From Balanoglossus misakiensis (taxonomy: Eukaryota > Animalia > Hemichordata): a stretch of 64,000 nucleotides of DNA. The notes under the pieces are model-generated. The model saw only the letters and a list, made by a program, of their open reading frames with translations. It was not told the origin of the DNA and did not search any database. The DNA is taken from assembly GCA_040954595.2 (NCBI GenBank), contig CM082577.2, forward strand, positions 6,560,301-6,624,300, in the 5' to 3' direction. The position numbers and the translations under genes were made by a program. Positions 40,201 to 48,037 of this stretch are shown here, in pieces (position 1 is the first letter of the stretch; each line of letters starts with the position of its first letter).

Positions 40201-43200
40201 TGCGTTCCTGTGGCAGAAAAGTTCCGGAACATTCTCTCTCTCTCTCTGTTTTTTGTTTTTGTTTGTTTCTATACATTTTATCGTGGGAGGAGGGTGGCGC
40301 CGAGCTTTGACCGATGTCAATCATGATTCAAACATAGCCACATCTAAGCGTAGCTCTTTGTCATATAAAACAGATGCAAATTGCTAGCAGATTTTTTCAC
40401 AAAGTAGTCAACAAGAATTTAGATTTCAAACGCTCTTCTCCCTGGCTTGTGTGGGGGAGGGGACATTTTTTTTTCCAGCCCCCCTCCCCCGAACTGCAGC
40501 CGGCTGACAGCGTCCATTTGAGCTCTTGTGTTCTGGAATTGACGTTGTCAAGCAGCGCTAGACTTTTTATAAAATAAATGCCTAAGCTTTTAGTTGCGCT
40601 GCGTGTGGCTTTCAAACTGTGGTGTGTTACACGTGTGGTAGTGCTGTGATGCACTTACAATTGTGCTGTGTTTGGTGAGTGAAGTCTGATCGGAATGTGA
40701 AATCTAGATAATGAAGAGTGGAAAGAATGATTGCGATCTGTGTATAAATGGGAATGGTTTTTGCCTGGGTAAGCTGAATTGCATCTTCCATTTATGATCA
40801 ACCCACGTACATATAACTCGTGCCCACAATTTACTCATAACCATATTTGTCTTGACGTAGCCCCTGGTGTAGGCTGAGCCCCAACCTGGGTTACATTCTC
40901 ATAGCATTTAGCACCTATCATGGTAGCATTTGAATGTTCTTTCCCCCCTGAAAAAAAACACTTTTGTCTGTAATATTTCTATTAAAATACTAGAATATCT
41001 TCTGATATCAACTGTTTTCATAATTATCTAATCCTCTCTTTCTATTCTCAGGCCGCATGCGGTACATAACCTCTTAAAAATACAGTATTTATCCCCTTAA
41101 TGATGTAACTGCATTTACTTTTTTATACACATTCCCACTAATATTTTCTCCTCGAACAGCAGATTGTAATGACGTGACATTTACATTTGCCCGAAGACGA
41201 GAAGCTTCTCTGCCCGAGAAATCCTCGTACTACATTACACAACTCATCCACATTGAAACGCATGGCATCTGCCTTGATTTAAAACCGAAAACAACAACAA
41301 CAACATCGCCGTCGTTGACGGTTTTGCATTACAGTCATGTTTATTCTCACCTGTCATGTTCATTTCTGTGATGCACCAGTCTTGATGTAGTTACTCGTAG
41401 AGAGCACGGACGGGGGAAAAAAAAGTGGTGGCTTTTGCAAAGGTGATGTGGCTGGCTATTAAAAGCTACTACAGAGTTTGGGGTTGTTTTTTTGGCCATT
41501 GGTTGTTTGTGTGAGGGCTGGCAATGTCGCGTGCTCAAAGGCGGTATAGACGCTAGATTATCGGTGTGTGTGTATTCAGTGATTGTGACTGATGATGGGC
41601 ATCTTCTGTGTTTCCTGTCTACAGAGCTTGTTGAAGAGGTCGACCAGCTGTTGGCAAAGACGAGCGTGTCTGTGAACGACGCAGATCAAGACGACACCCA
41701 GCAAGATATCACAATAGATGAAGTCAAAGATTATCAAGCGTGAGTGTTCCTTTTAACTCCTTCGGTAAATCATGGAAGTCTCTCAGGCCAAGCAATCGGA
41801 TTTGGCATTGTCAGTTTGATCTATCCCCCCTCCAAAGTGATGTCAAACTGATACTGTTCGCCAGTGCCTCTACAACTCTAACTTTGAGGGGAAAATATAT
41901 GTAACGTGCTGCCAGTTGCAATATTGCATTTTTGTCTGACACATACATGTACTGCAGTGAACATTGGTGTGACTTGCTCATTTTTCCTTTTCTTATTTTT
42001 GTTTTCAGTGAGGAAGGCGAAACTAAAGCTGAAGGTGCTGAAGGTAATAGCTGAAGACAACAAATAATTGTGTAGTTTTTATTTTTTTGTGGGTTATGTT
42101 TATATGTGGCAGTTGTTCCTGAATATTGGTGGTTAATGTTAGACACTGTAAGGTGTGTGATACCAGTGGAAGATTTTGGAGGGGTCGACTGGGGTTTTTT
42201 TGGTGTGCAGTGAGTGTTGAGAGCAGTTGAGTCTCGGAACACTAATGAAATTGATGCTGAACGAAAAGTTATGGTCCCCCACTTGATACCTTGGTATTTC
42301 TAGTGACATTTGAGAGGATATGCGTTTGTTCAGGTGCTTGGTACTTTATGCCAGCTTGTTTGGTTTTGTCGAGTGAGGGCAGTATTTCGTCCAGAGTAGC
42401 TACTGAAAAAAAAAACCCTGCATTTTTGTTTTGAACAATTATTGCTGATCTGTTTGAATTTTGCGTTGATCACAAGAGTACCGTGGCTTCAGTGATGGGT
42501 AGCCGGGAAGACCACAAGACTGACAAGCAGCCGGGGGTGTATAGGATAGTTGGGAGGCAGGGACAGCAGTCTGGGTATAGGGTAGACACTGGGACATGCT
42601 GGGTCTGGGGTGTAGGGGTGAATACATTGACAGTGGTAGTCTGCAGTCATTGACAGCAGTCTTGGCTAACTGTACTTGGGAGACATGGCTAGTGTGCTGC
42701 CAAGCCATTGGGGAAGTATTCGACATCTGCCCCAGAGTAAATTTCCCCATTAGTCTTGCTGCTTGTCGGTATGTGTGCTGGATACTCGGCTTTGAGAGTG
42801 AGAATAAACTAGTAAATCAAAAAAGCAGTGTTCCAGTGTCTGTGCTGAGCTCAGGACTTTTTTTCTCTGCATGAAGGACATTTTTCGTTTTCGAATTGGA
42901 CATGGCCTGTGTTGGGTCGTGTTCCAAGGGATGGGAATTTCCACTGTACAATTCTGACTTTGTTTCCTGCATGGCTTTGTCTGTTTTGCTGGCTGTGCTT
43001 GTTTCCAAGGGCATGTGTTAACATTCTGCTGTGATGTTTGACTCTGGATGGGACATCTAATATCCTGTCAGAATTATACTGCCAGCCCTCAGTTGGTATA
43101 TTCATAGATCGGGTGGAAGATTTTATAATGGGTTGATCAGGCAACAAGTAGTGGACTGGTTTTGAGTTAACATTTGGAGTACATTGTGTCTGTGATATAC

Positions 43201-46036
43201 TGGGCATGTTGCATGTCTGTTTTAAATTTTAAAAAATTCTTTTTGGTAATGTAACAAAAATCATCAATTAACATGTCATGATTTTCTCTTACTTGTAGTG
43301 CGATCACATTAACAACATACCATTCCGTAAAAAAAAATCAATGGCGTTAGAACATTAATAGTATCCCTTTATCATCTGACATCATTCATGTATTATATAC
43401 TTTGCATGTCATCATGGCACACGTAGATATCTCCGTACAGGTTTTATATCTTGCAATTCATTGCCGCTTGCAAAATTATCATTAATTCTCCCAATTCTCG
43501 CTACTACCATCGACTGTGTTAACCCCACAAGCTTTTTTGCCCCCTCCTCAGTCATGGCCTACATGCATGTCTGCTTCCCCCCCCCCCCCCCCCCCTCCCC
43601 CCAGGTCGAATGTAATGTAAGAAAACGACCCTGTGAACGAACATCCCTGCTAACCTGTTGATGTGTACAGCAGAAACTTTTGGCCAGGGAGAATCCCCCT
43701 CCACAGCTTTGTATCTGTCCCCCCCCCCCCTTCTTTTTGTGTGTGTGTGCGTGTGTCTGTGCGCGCGTGTGTGTGTGTTTGTGGCATGCACACATTTGCT
43801 GACGTGACCTTTTTTTGTTATTTCTTTTTTTTCCTGGTGGTTGTGGTAACCTTCTAATATTTCTACACATCTACATAACACCCCAAGTAGCAGGAAAGGA
43901 ATCGCAAGAAGCAACAAACCAACAAACTGTCGAGAACAACCCGTCTACAGAAGAGGTCAGCCTTCTATAGTGCCTATAGACTTTGCTTGGGTAGCTATTA
44001 ATCCTGTCTGTCTGTCACAAAACGAAACAAAATTTGAAGAAAAAAAAAAACTTGAAAAAAAATTTCCGACAATTTTGTTAGCGTAGAAATATTTCAAAAT
44101 GATGTTGCTGACCAAAATACCTTGGTTTCCCCTTCCCATGAAACGGATCATTTCAGCTTCCTTCATAATCAGAAAACAAGTAATTAGTGCTACAGGACTG
44201 TTCTGAAAGTACACTTCAATTATCCCAAGTTGGAGAGGGCTGTATCTCAAATACGAACTTAGGATTAGGGTTCTATCTCAAATAAAATAAGGGTTTTATC
44301 TTGGCTACAGACTCTGAAAGCTTATATTTCTAATATGAGCTTGGAATGAGGGTTGTATCTTGAGTACAAACCTGGAGGCTCTGTTTGCTGAATCTTTCAG
44401 CTATTCAACATTTCGTTCTGTTGTTGATTGCGGATTCTTGTTCTACTCCAAAACAAAAAATGCAAAGAACAGTAATTAACTCGGCCCATAGATGGTTGAA
44501 AATTGCATACAGGCCATGCCAAAAAGCAGAAGTTCAGCAAAGCATAGGGAGTAGAACCAGAAACTGCAATTAATACATGGAACCAAAAGACCAAATATAT
44601 TCAAAAATTACGACTGGTACCCCTTTAATCGAGAAATATTTCGTGAATACAAAATCGGAAGGGTAATATCAGACAGATTGTTTTCTTGGATTGCTGTTGT
44701 GCAGCAGAAGTGTTTAATATTACCCAGAGAATATTTCACCCCCAGTTTTTTTGAGTTCATTCCCCCTCCCCCATTCTTTTTTACATTTCCTGTGTATTCT
44801 TCCACTCACCATACCCCCACCCCTGTCCTCTTTCACACACCCTGAATAACCACCCCCAAACATCCACTCCTTAAATCATGTGTTAGCAATAACCAACCCT
44901 GATCACCCCCCCTGAAATGTGCACAAATTGAAGTTGTCCACTCCACTGTCATTCAGCCACGGTGAAGGGGACGCCTCATTTTGTAGAATAGCAGGGGGGG
45001 AAGCACCGGTTGATTTTGCGAGGCATGAGAAAAAGTGACTCATAATTTTTGTGTGTGGCACATTTCTTTTGTTTTTAGATCCTCAACAAATGCTCATGGT
45101 GTTCATGTCTGACCATATCTGACCGGCTCAAAGTTCTGGGCTACTGTCTGCTTATTGTCATTTTTTATATCTTTTCCCTTCTCATGCTTGCCTATTTATT
45201 TTGGATGAAGTAAGTAAAAGAGGACTGCCAACCATCCTAGCTCTCTCTCTCTCGCCACAACCATAATATTGCGCTAGGTGTTTCTTAAACGGTTCTCCCC
45301 ACCCCCATTCATTCATTCCACCGTAGACAATAGCATTCTTCTTTCTCAGCCCCTACCCCCTTCCACTCTCCCCCTACCCCCCTACCCTCCCCAGCCCACA
45401 TGTATAGGTTCTGTGGTGTAATTTTGTAATGTGACAGATATTTCAGTGGCCAGCCTGTTCGGCCGTGAATGCGGGCCAGTACATGGGTCGGCTTTCTTCG
45501 ATTTCCGCGAAGTGCGGAAGTTTTCGTATTTTCAGCTACCCCCGGTTTCCTAGATAGTTGATGGTTTGTTTAATGCATGGATGTCGTAGCTTGGATACAT
45601 GAATCATCTGGCATGCACACATACACACACACACACTTCCAGGGATTTCGGTTCCTTTCTTGGGAAGGGGAAATATTCTTCTTGCAGCATGCCCAGAAAA
45701 CCCGCCTACCTACTGTAAGTCTGAAAACGTAAACGATAAAGGTGCTCTTTTTATAAAAAGAAATCATGCAAGATATCTACGTATTGCCATGGTAACATGC
45801 AAAATGGTCTTCTGTTCTTAATGTAAAATTAATAAGTTTAACAAAACAGGCTTTAACTCGGGTGTGTCGATATTTCTCGACACGTTTTCTATTGATTTTG
45901 TAATGCATTAGATATGTTTGCTGATTGGTCGATTGTGACCCAGTGTTGACCTTGTGTGTAACCTTTGACCTTTCAGAGCAGTGAACAACGCAGTGAAGAG
46001 TTAGTGGAACTTCAAATCAAGGAAGATGCTGACTGA
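13218..46036 (+). CDS. LLGL1: Lethal(2) giant larvae homolog (WD40/LLGL/Lgl_C cell-polarity protein), multi-exon, 5'-incomplete in window
   Basis: AG/GT-bounded, phase-compatible exons: 13218-13299, 15920-16029, 16263-16406, 17500-17572, 18168-18378, 26905-26956, 27322-27549, 33204-33351, 33761-33985, 34241-34393, 34852-35605, 35899-36077, 36469-36574, 36841-37033, 37453-37748, [39128-39382], 41625-41739, 42009-42043, 43891-43955, 45977-46036 (TGA). Lgl motifs: [71 protein letters not shown], polybasic [52 protein letters not shown]. The symbol denotes the Lgl family; LLGL1 versus LLGL2 is not resolvable in an invertebrate. Confidence 0.95.
15920..16029 (+). CDS. LLGL1: Lgl exon ([17 protein letters not shown]...SLEGR)
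   Basis: ttttacag|...|gtatgt, 110 nt, phase 0 to 2. Confidence 0.9.
16263..16406 (+). CDS. LLGL1: Lgl exon (LQKITVCC...[11 protein letters not shown]...IIYQDVVMQ)
   Basis: ttttgcag|...|gtaagt, 144 nt; GTEGGNI motif. Confidence 0.92.
16759..17040. mobile_element. Degenerate MITE-like element in Lgl intron
   Basis: GGGCAAAATGGCA (16768-16780) and TGCCATTTTGCCC (17019-17031) form a perfect 13-bp inverted pair that extends imperfectly to about 22 bp. No clear TSD. Confidence 0.4.
17500..17572 (+). CDS. LLGL1: Lgl exon ([24 protein letters not shown])
   Basis: ccctacag|...|gtgagt, 73 nt; VPDDY...PGAVE motif. Confidence 0.92.
18168..18378 (+). CDS. LLGL1: Lgl exon ([14 protein letters not shown]...EPTIPYG)
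   Basis: cctgcag|...|gtgagt, 211 nt; WD40 repeat with LLIGY and HNDGSY. Confidence 0.95.
18582..18607. repeat. (GT)n microsatellite
   Basis: About 13 uninterrupted GT units. Confidence 0.9.
26905..26956 (+). CDS. LLGL1: Lgl exon ([18 protein letters not shown])
   Basis: T-rich tract then acag|...|gtaaga, 52 nt; GPFPCK motif. Confidence 0.93.
27322..27549 (+). CDS. LLGL1: Lgl exon, LLGL domain ([19 protein letters not shown]...EEELVVID)
   Basis: cttctccag|...|gtgagt, 228 nt. Confidence 0.96.
28137..29400 (-). mobile_element. Non-autonomous Helentron/HINE (DINE-1-like) rolling-circle element
   Basis: Read on the - strand: T-run, hairpin with arms at 29363-29376 (AGGGTTTCGAGACC) and 29382-29395 (GGTCTCGAAACCCT), (AAG)/(AAT) microsatellite about 29321-29343, internal tandem repeats of about 200-240 bp (units starting near 28180, 28382, 28620), far-end subterminal copy GGGTTTCGAGAC (28163-28174), then short stem-loop GCTGTGAACAGC (28144-28155). 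Confidence 0.72.
29770..31632 (-). CDS. BTB/POZ-BACK domain protein (BTBD17-like), 620 aa, nested antisense in Lgl intron
   Basis: Uninterrupted 1863-nt ORF. BTB signature [31 protein letters not shown]...FLKFMYCG...LADKYDV; BACK-like [13 protein letters not shown]...PFIRF..MTPEEI; C-terminal half unrecognised. Splice acceptor (atttccag) 3 nt before the ATG. Confidence 0.93.
   Translation of the reverse strand: MFGQVNKLARQKSLMSTLQNRAGMNVPKRTAGSVEAFVTSLSNDLYNNPQLSDVILRVEGKDYHVHKFLLAHFSDVMKTMLLEARWGDAQKHVVELSETAEAAAVFDAFLKFMYCGQIQLNIATTLPVLALADKYDVRSLKAACEGYMSKEIVECGNVRGALLWWQQTSSYNSVALDPDCFDIIAQSLDEALVAPEWQTLNFHQICAILKCSESIVSSEHYLFQAVASWIQALDESENIEEIVGGVLPFIRFTFMTPEEIESVEKSPLYEKFQSKFAPHLYKAFKHHAMKSKSGGVGFVSGQSLDEMPRCYTYWYNDTVTSQSSSGYKDHDQHHFPVKCSKVELSRAKIPCVAPTNRGYRGSRYSCVALYQQTCSEREKPSRYQAQTGNAEGYLQWQVTVGTLDQVDDMSKQQGYTKRQSHQYAKNEKLPSNLVFIFDPPAQHNYKSFKFRIDIFAKRNTRSLADLALHRQYAQRKKPTPVATIRGSGRVGDQDHKPHMHIGNYEEFAAQRKKVSPAPVKSDIVSLVQRFFNGELDKEVPVNPYQRQTQREFQVRPEYDPYHNYQRQTQSVPAPTREFQVHAAFVYVDLPEDFTIQTCIFVSDYKTMDSKFRKCRMPLLN
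32465..32515 (-). promoter_or_regulatory. Candidate leader exon and core promoter of the nested BTB gene
   Basis: The - strand has a CAG|GTGAGG donor at 32465/32464, and about 40 bp further upstream ACGTCATAATATATT (CRE half-site plus TATA-like). It would pair with the acceptor at 31635. Confidence 0.35.
33204..33351 (+). CDS. LLGL1: Lgl exon ([18 protein letters not shown]...FSQR)
   Basis: cttgcag|...|gtaagc, 148 nt; [12 protein letters not shown] motif. Confidence 0.94.
33761..33985 (+). CDS. LLGL1: Lgl exon (EWPIDGG...[14 protein letters not shown]...WPPFRK)
   Basis: ttccccccag|...|gtaggc, 225 nt. Confidence 0.96.
34114..34135. repeat. (CA)n microsatellite
   Basis: About 11 CA units. 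Confidence 0.85.
34241..34393 (+). CDS. LLGL1: Lgl exon ([18 protein letters not shown]...VAGTAGQV)
   Basis: tttgtttag|...|gtgagt, 153 nt. Confidence 0.96.
34852..35605 (+). CDS. LLGL1: Lgl exon with polybasic aPKC-site region and acidic insert
   Basis: tttttgcag|...|gtaagc, 754 nt; [47 protein letters not shown]. Confidence 0.96.
35899..36077 (+). CDS. LLGL1: Lgl exon ([12 protein letters not shown]...ICSEEQFK)
   Basis: acacag|...|gtgaga, 179 nt. Confidence 0.95.
36469..36574 (+). CDS. LLGL1: Lgl exon ([26 protein letters not shown]...)
   Basis: acattag|...|gtgagt, 106 nt. Confidence 0.94.
36841..37033 (+). CDS. LLGL1: Lgl exon ([14 protein letters not shown]...IRKEDINGI...[10 protein letters not shown])
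   Basis: tttgtttcag|...|gtaact, 193 nt. Confidence 0.95.
37453..37748 (+). CDS. LLGL1: Lgl exon (FSLSARY... followed by Glu-rich low-complexity tail)
   Basis: ggaaacag|...|gtaaat, 296 nt; completes ERFSLS, then PE repeats and E/G/K-rich sequence. Confidence 0.9.
39128..39382 (+). CDS. LLGL1: Candidate alternative (cassette) Lgl exon, Thr/Ser/His-rich, 85 codons
   Basis: ccacag|...|gtaagc; 255 nt, phase 1 to phase 1, open in the frame required by flanking exons; GC-richer than surrounding intron; ACTAAC branch-like motif at 39091-39096. Confidence 0.65.
41625..41739 (+). CDS. LLGL1: Lgl C-terminal exon (LVEEVDQLL...[12 protein letters not shown])
   Basis: tgtctacag|...|gtgagt, 115 nt; [10 protein letters not shown] resembles the conserved Lgl C-terminal D[IV]T[IV]xxV[KR]D motif. 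Confidence 0.88.
42009..42043 (+). CDS. LLGL1: Lgl small C-terminal exon ([11 protein letters not shown])
   Basis: Long pyrimidine tract then ttttcag|...|gtaata; 35 nt, phase 2 to 1, fits neighbours. Confidence 0.7.
43891..43955 (+). CDS. LLGL1: Lgl small C-terminal exon ([21 protein letters not shown])
   Basis: Triple in-frame acceptor aag-tag-cag (exon start 43888, 43891 or 43894); donor gtcagc; phase 1 to 0. Confidence 0.62.
45977..46036 (+). CDS. LLGL1: Lgl terminal coding exon ([19 protein letters not shown])
   Basis: cctttcag acceptor, phase 0, TGA at 46034-46036, followed by AT-rich 3'UTR-like sequence. Confidence 0.68.
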   Translation, partial: SSEQRSEELVELQIKEDAD

Positions 46037-47361
46037 AATGGTTTATTTAGAGATATTTTGAATTCCGTAAGGCAACTTTTAGAAGCAAGGAATCCCACAC
46101 ATTTAAAAAAAAAACAAGTTCACCTATTTCATTCCTGTAGAAATATTTGCAGAGACGAGAACATAGATTTGCAGACGAGAACATTTTTTCAGCAAATTAA
46201 ATTGTGCTAGTATGTAAATTTAGTCAAGACAACTTTTATTGATCGCTTGATTGACATGAAATTTAGAAATATGTTCCTAAACAATTTTTTGCTTTAGAAA
46301 TTTAATCAATTGAGATAGAATTTGCTAGTCTGAAAAATGATTGTATTTAGAGGCTGAGATCAGCTCACAATGTAGTTGATGGGTTTTTTGCGTACCAACT
46401 TTGTTTTTTGAAAACACAAAAGTCATGTCATGCATTTAGCAGTTATAAATGTTTGCATATCTTTCAAAGCATTTCACTAATTCTGATCTATATTGTGGTA
46501 TATTAGACGTAGGAATTCGGCCAGTTGTGAATTGAAATAAAAATTGTAGTCGCGGACATTTTGGGTCAAGACTGGAAAGATGAAAAGCTAATTTGGATAT
46601 TATAGATGTACATGTTCCAACGAAAACCTTGTATTATGGACTTTTTTTCCTCTCTGAAGAAAGAAGAACAAGACAGAATTTTCTGTGTTTTTTGACTGAA
46701 TACTACGCTTGGATATCAATAACAGAAAAGTGTCTCTCCCAGACACCCCAAGTTGTTCATTTTCGTAGTCTGTTTGGGGGCCTACCTAGATTCCTGTCTG
46801 AAATTCAAGCCTCTTATTCTCGCTGTCTGTTGTACTTAATCATGTATTTTTGCCACATTGTATTATGGAGGCTGTTTATTTTATTTGTCAGGGTATAGTG
46901 GAAAAATATAAATAAAAAAAAAATAAGCAACGTCAGTTAAGACAGCAGCCCTTAAAATGTATAACACTAATAGCAATTTTGTGAACCACACAGCATGATT
47001 TTTCCGCAAGATTTTTTGGGGGTTTGTATAGCAGCTACAACTGGAAACTTTGGATGTTAATGTTAATATTTCTAAATGGCTCTTGCAAACATCTGCTTGA
47101 TAAGACCCCAGGTTTTTTTTTTGTTATTGTCAAAGTTGGGTATTGTCTAGTCGTATTTTGAATTAACTTTTGCCAGGTATATATTAGTAAGTAAAAAAAT
47201 GTATTTTCACCCAAAAAAAAGCAAACACGAGCCAAACCCATTTCTGAGCATTTTGTGCTTCATATTTTCTGAACCAAGGTATAGTCTTTATGTATTGCCC
47301 TTTCACACAGCCTTATCAGTCATGCCTCAAAGTTTAGTGTAGTTCTCATACTGCAAAAAAA

Positions 47362-47367
47362 AATAAA
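47362..47367 (+). terminator. Candidate distal polyadenylation signal of Lgl
   Basis: AATAAA followed by a GT-rich stretch (gtttgtatcatgttggtggtg). Other AATAAA copies occur near 46536 and 46910. Confidence 0.4.
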
Positions 47368-47745
47368 AGTTTTTCTGCAGTTTGTATCATGTTGGTGGTG
47401 TAATGTGCTGGATCCAAATATGATAATAAATTTTTATTCCTTGAAAACTTGTTTTTGTTGCGAGTGTTTTATGGTATGAGTGGTACCAGTGTGTGTGATT
47501 TGAACTTTCAATCTCTGTGATGGTTCTGGTTTGATTTGATGTTGTATGCACTTCAAAAATCTTTTAAAATTAAGAATGAAAATAGGGATCAACCTGCAAA
47601 ATGGTGAAATTTTCTCAAATTCAATATGGCCAACCGTGTGTGAAGTCTGGACAAAAATGAGAAACAATTTTAGGAAAAGATGGTGAATCACTCCCATTTT
47701 CATGTTTTGAAAATACAGACTGTCTCAAATTCTCATTCCCACATC

Positions 47746-47751
47746 TTTATT
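47746..47751 (-). terminator. Candidate polyadenylation signal of STING paralog A
   Basis: AATAAA on the - strand about 290 nt after the stop codon. Confidence 0.45.
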
Positions 47752-48037
47752 ACTGGTATTTTGCAATATACACACCAAATATGTACAACATAACTTTTTA
47801 ATATTGCTACAAAATAAGTTTTGAGGGCGTGCAAAGTTACCAATAAAAGACAGCATTGTGGAATGTCTGCAGGTAAATAAATGTACCGGTCTCGACACTG
47901 AGATGTCTCCAAAACCTTGGCACTAAATTATATGAAGAATGGCCAGGCTGGGGTGTCAGTTCATTTATCCCTGACACATCAAAACTAGCCTAAGGGGTCT
48001 TCTTGATGGTATTTACATGCATCGATCAAGACCAATG

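Noticed and set aside
44230-44375. Degenerate short repeats (agggNtgtatct...)
   Set aside because: About four irregular, diverged copies; likely a decayed repeat fragment with no further structure.
13218-46036. Tomosyn/STXBP5 as an alternative identity for the WD40 gene
   Set aside because: It has the Lgl-specific [11 protein letters not shown] phospho-cluster and no C-terminal R-SNARE helix was found.
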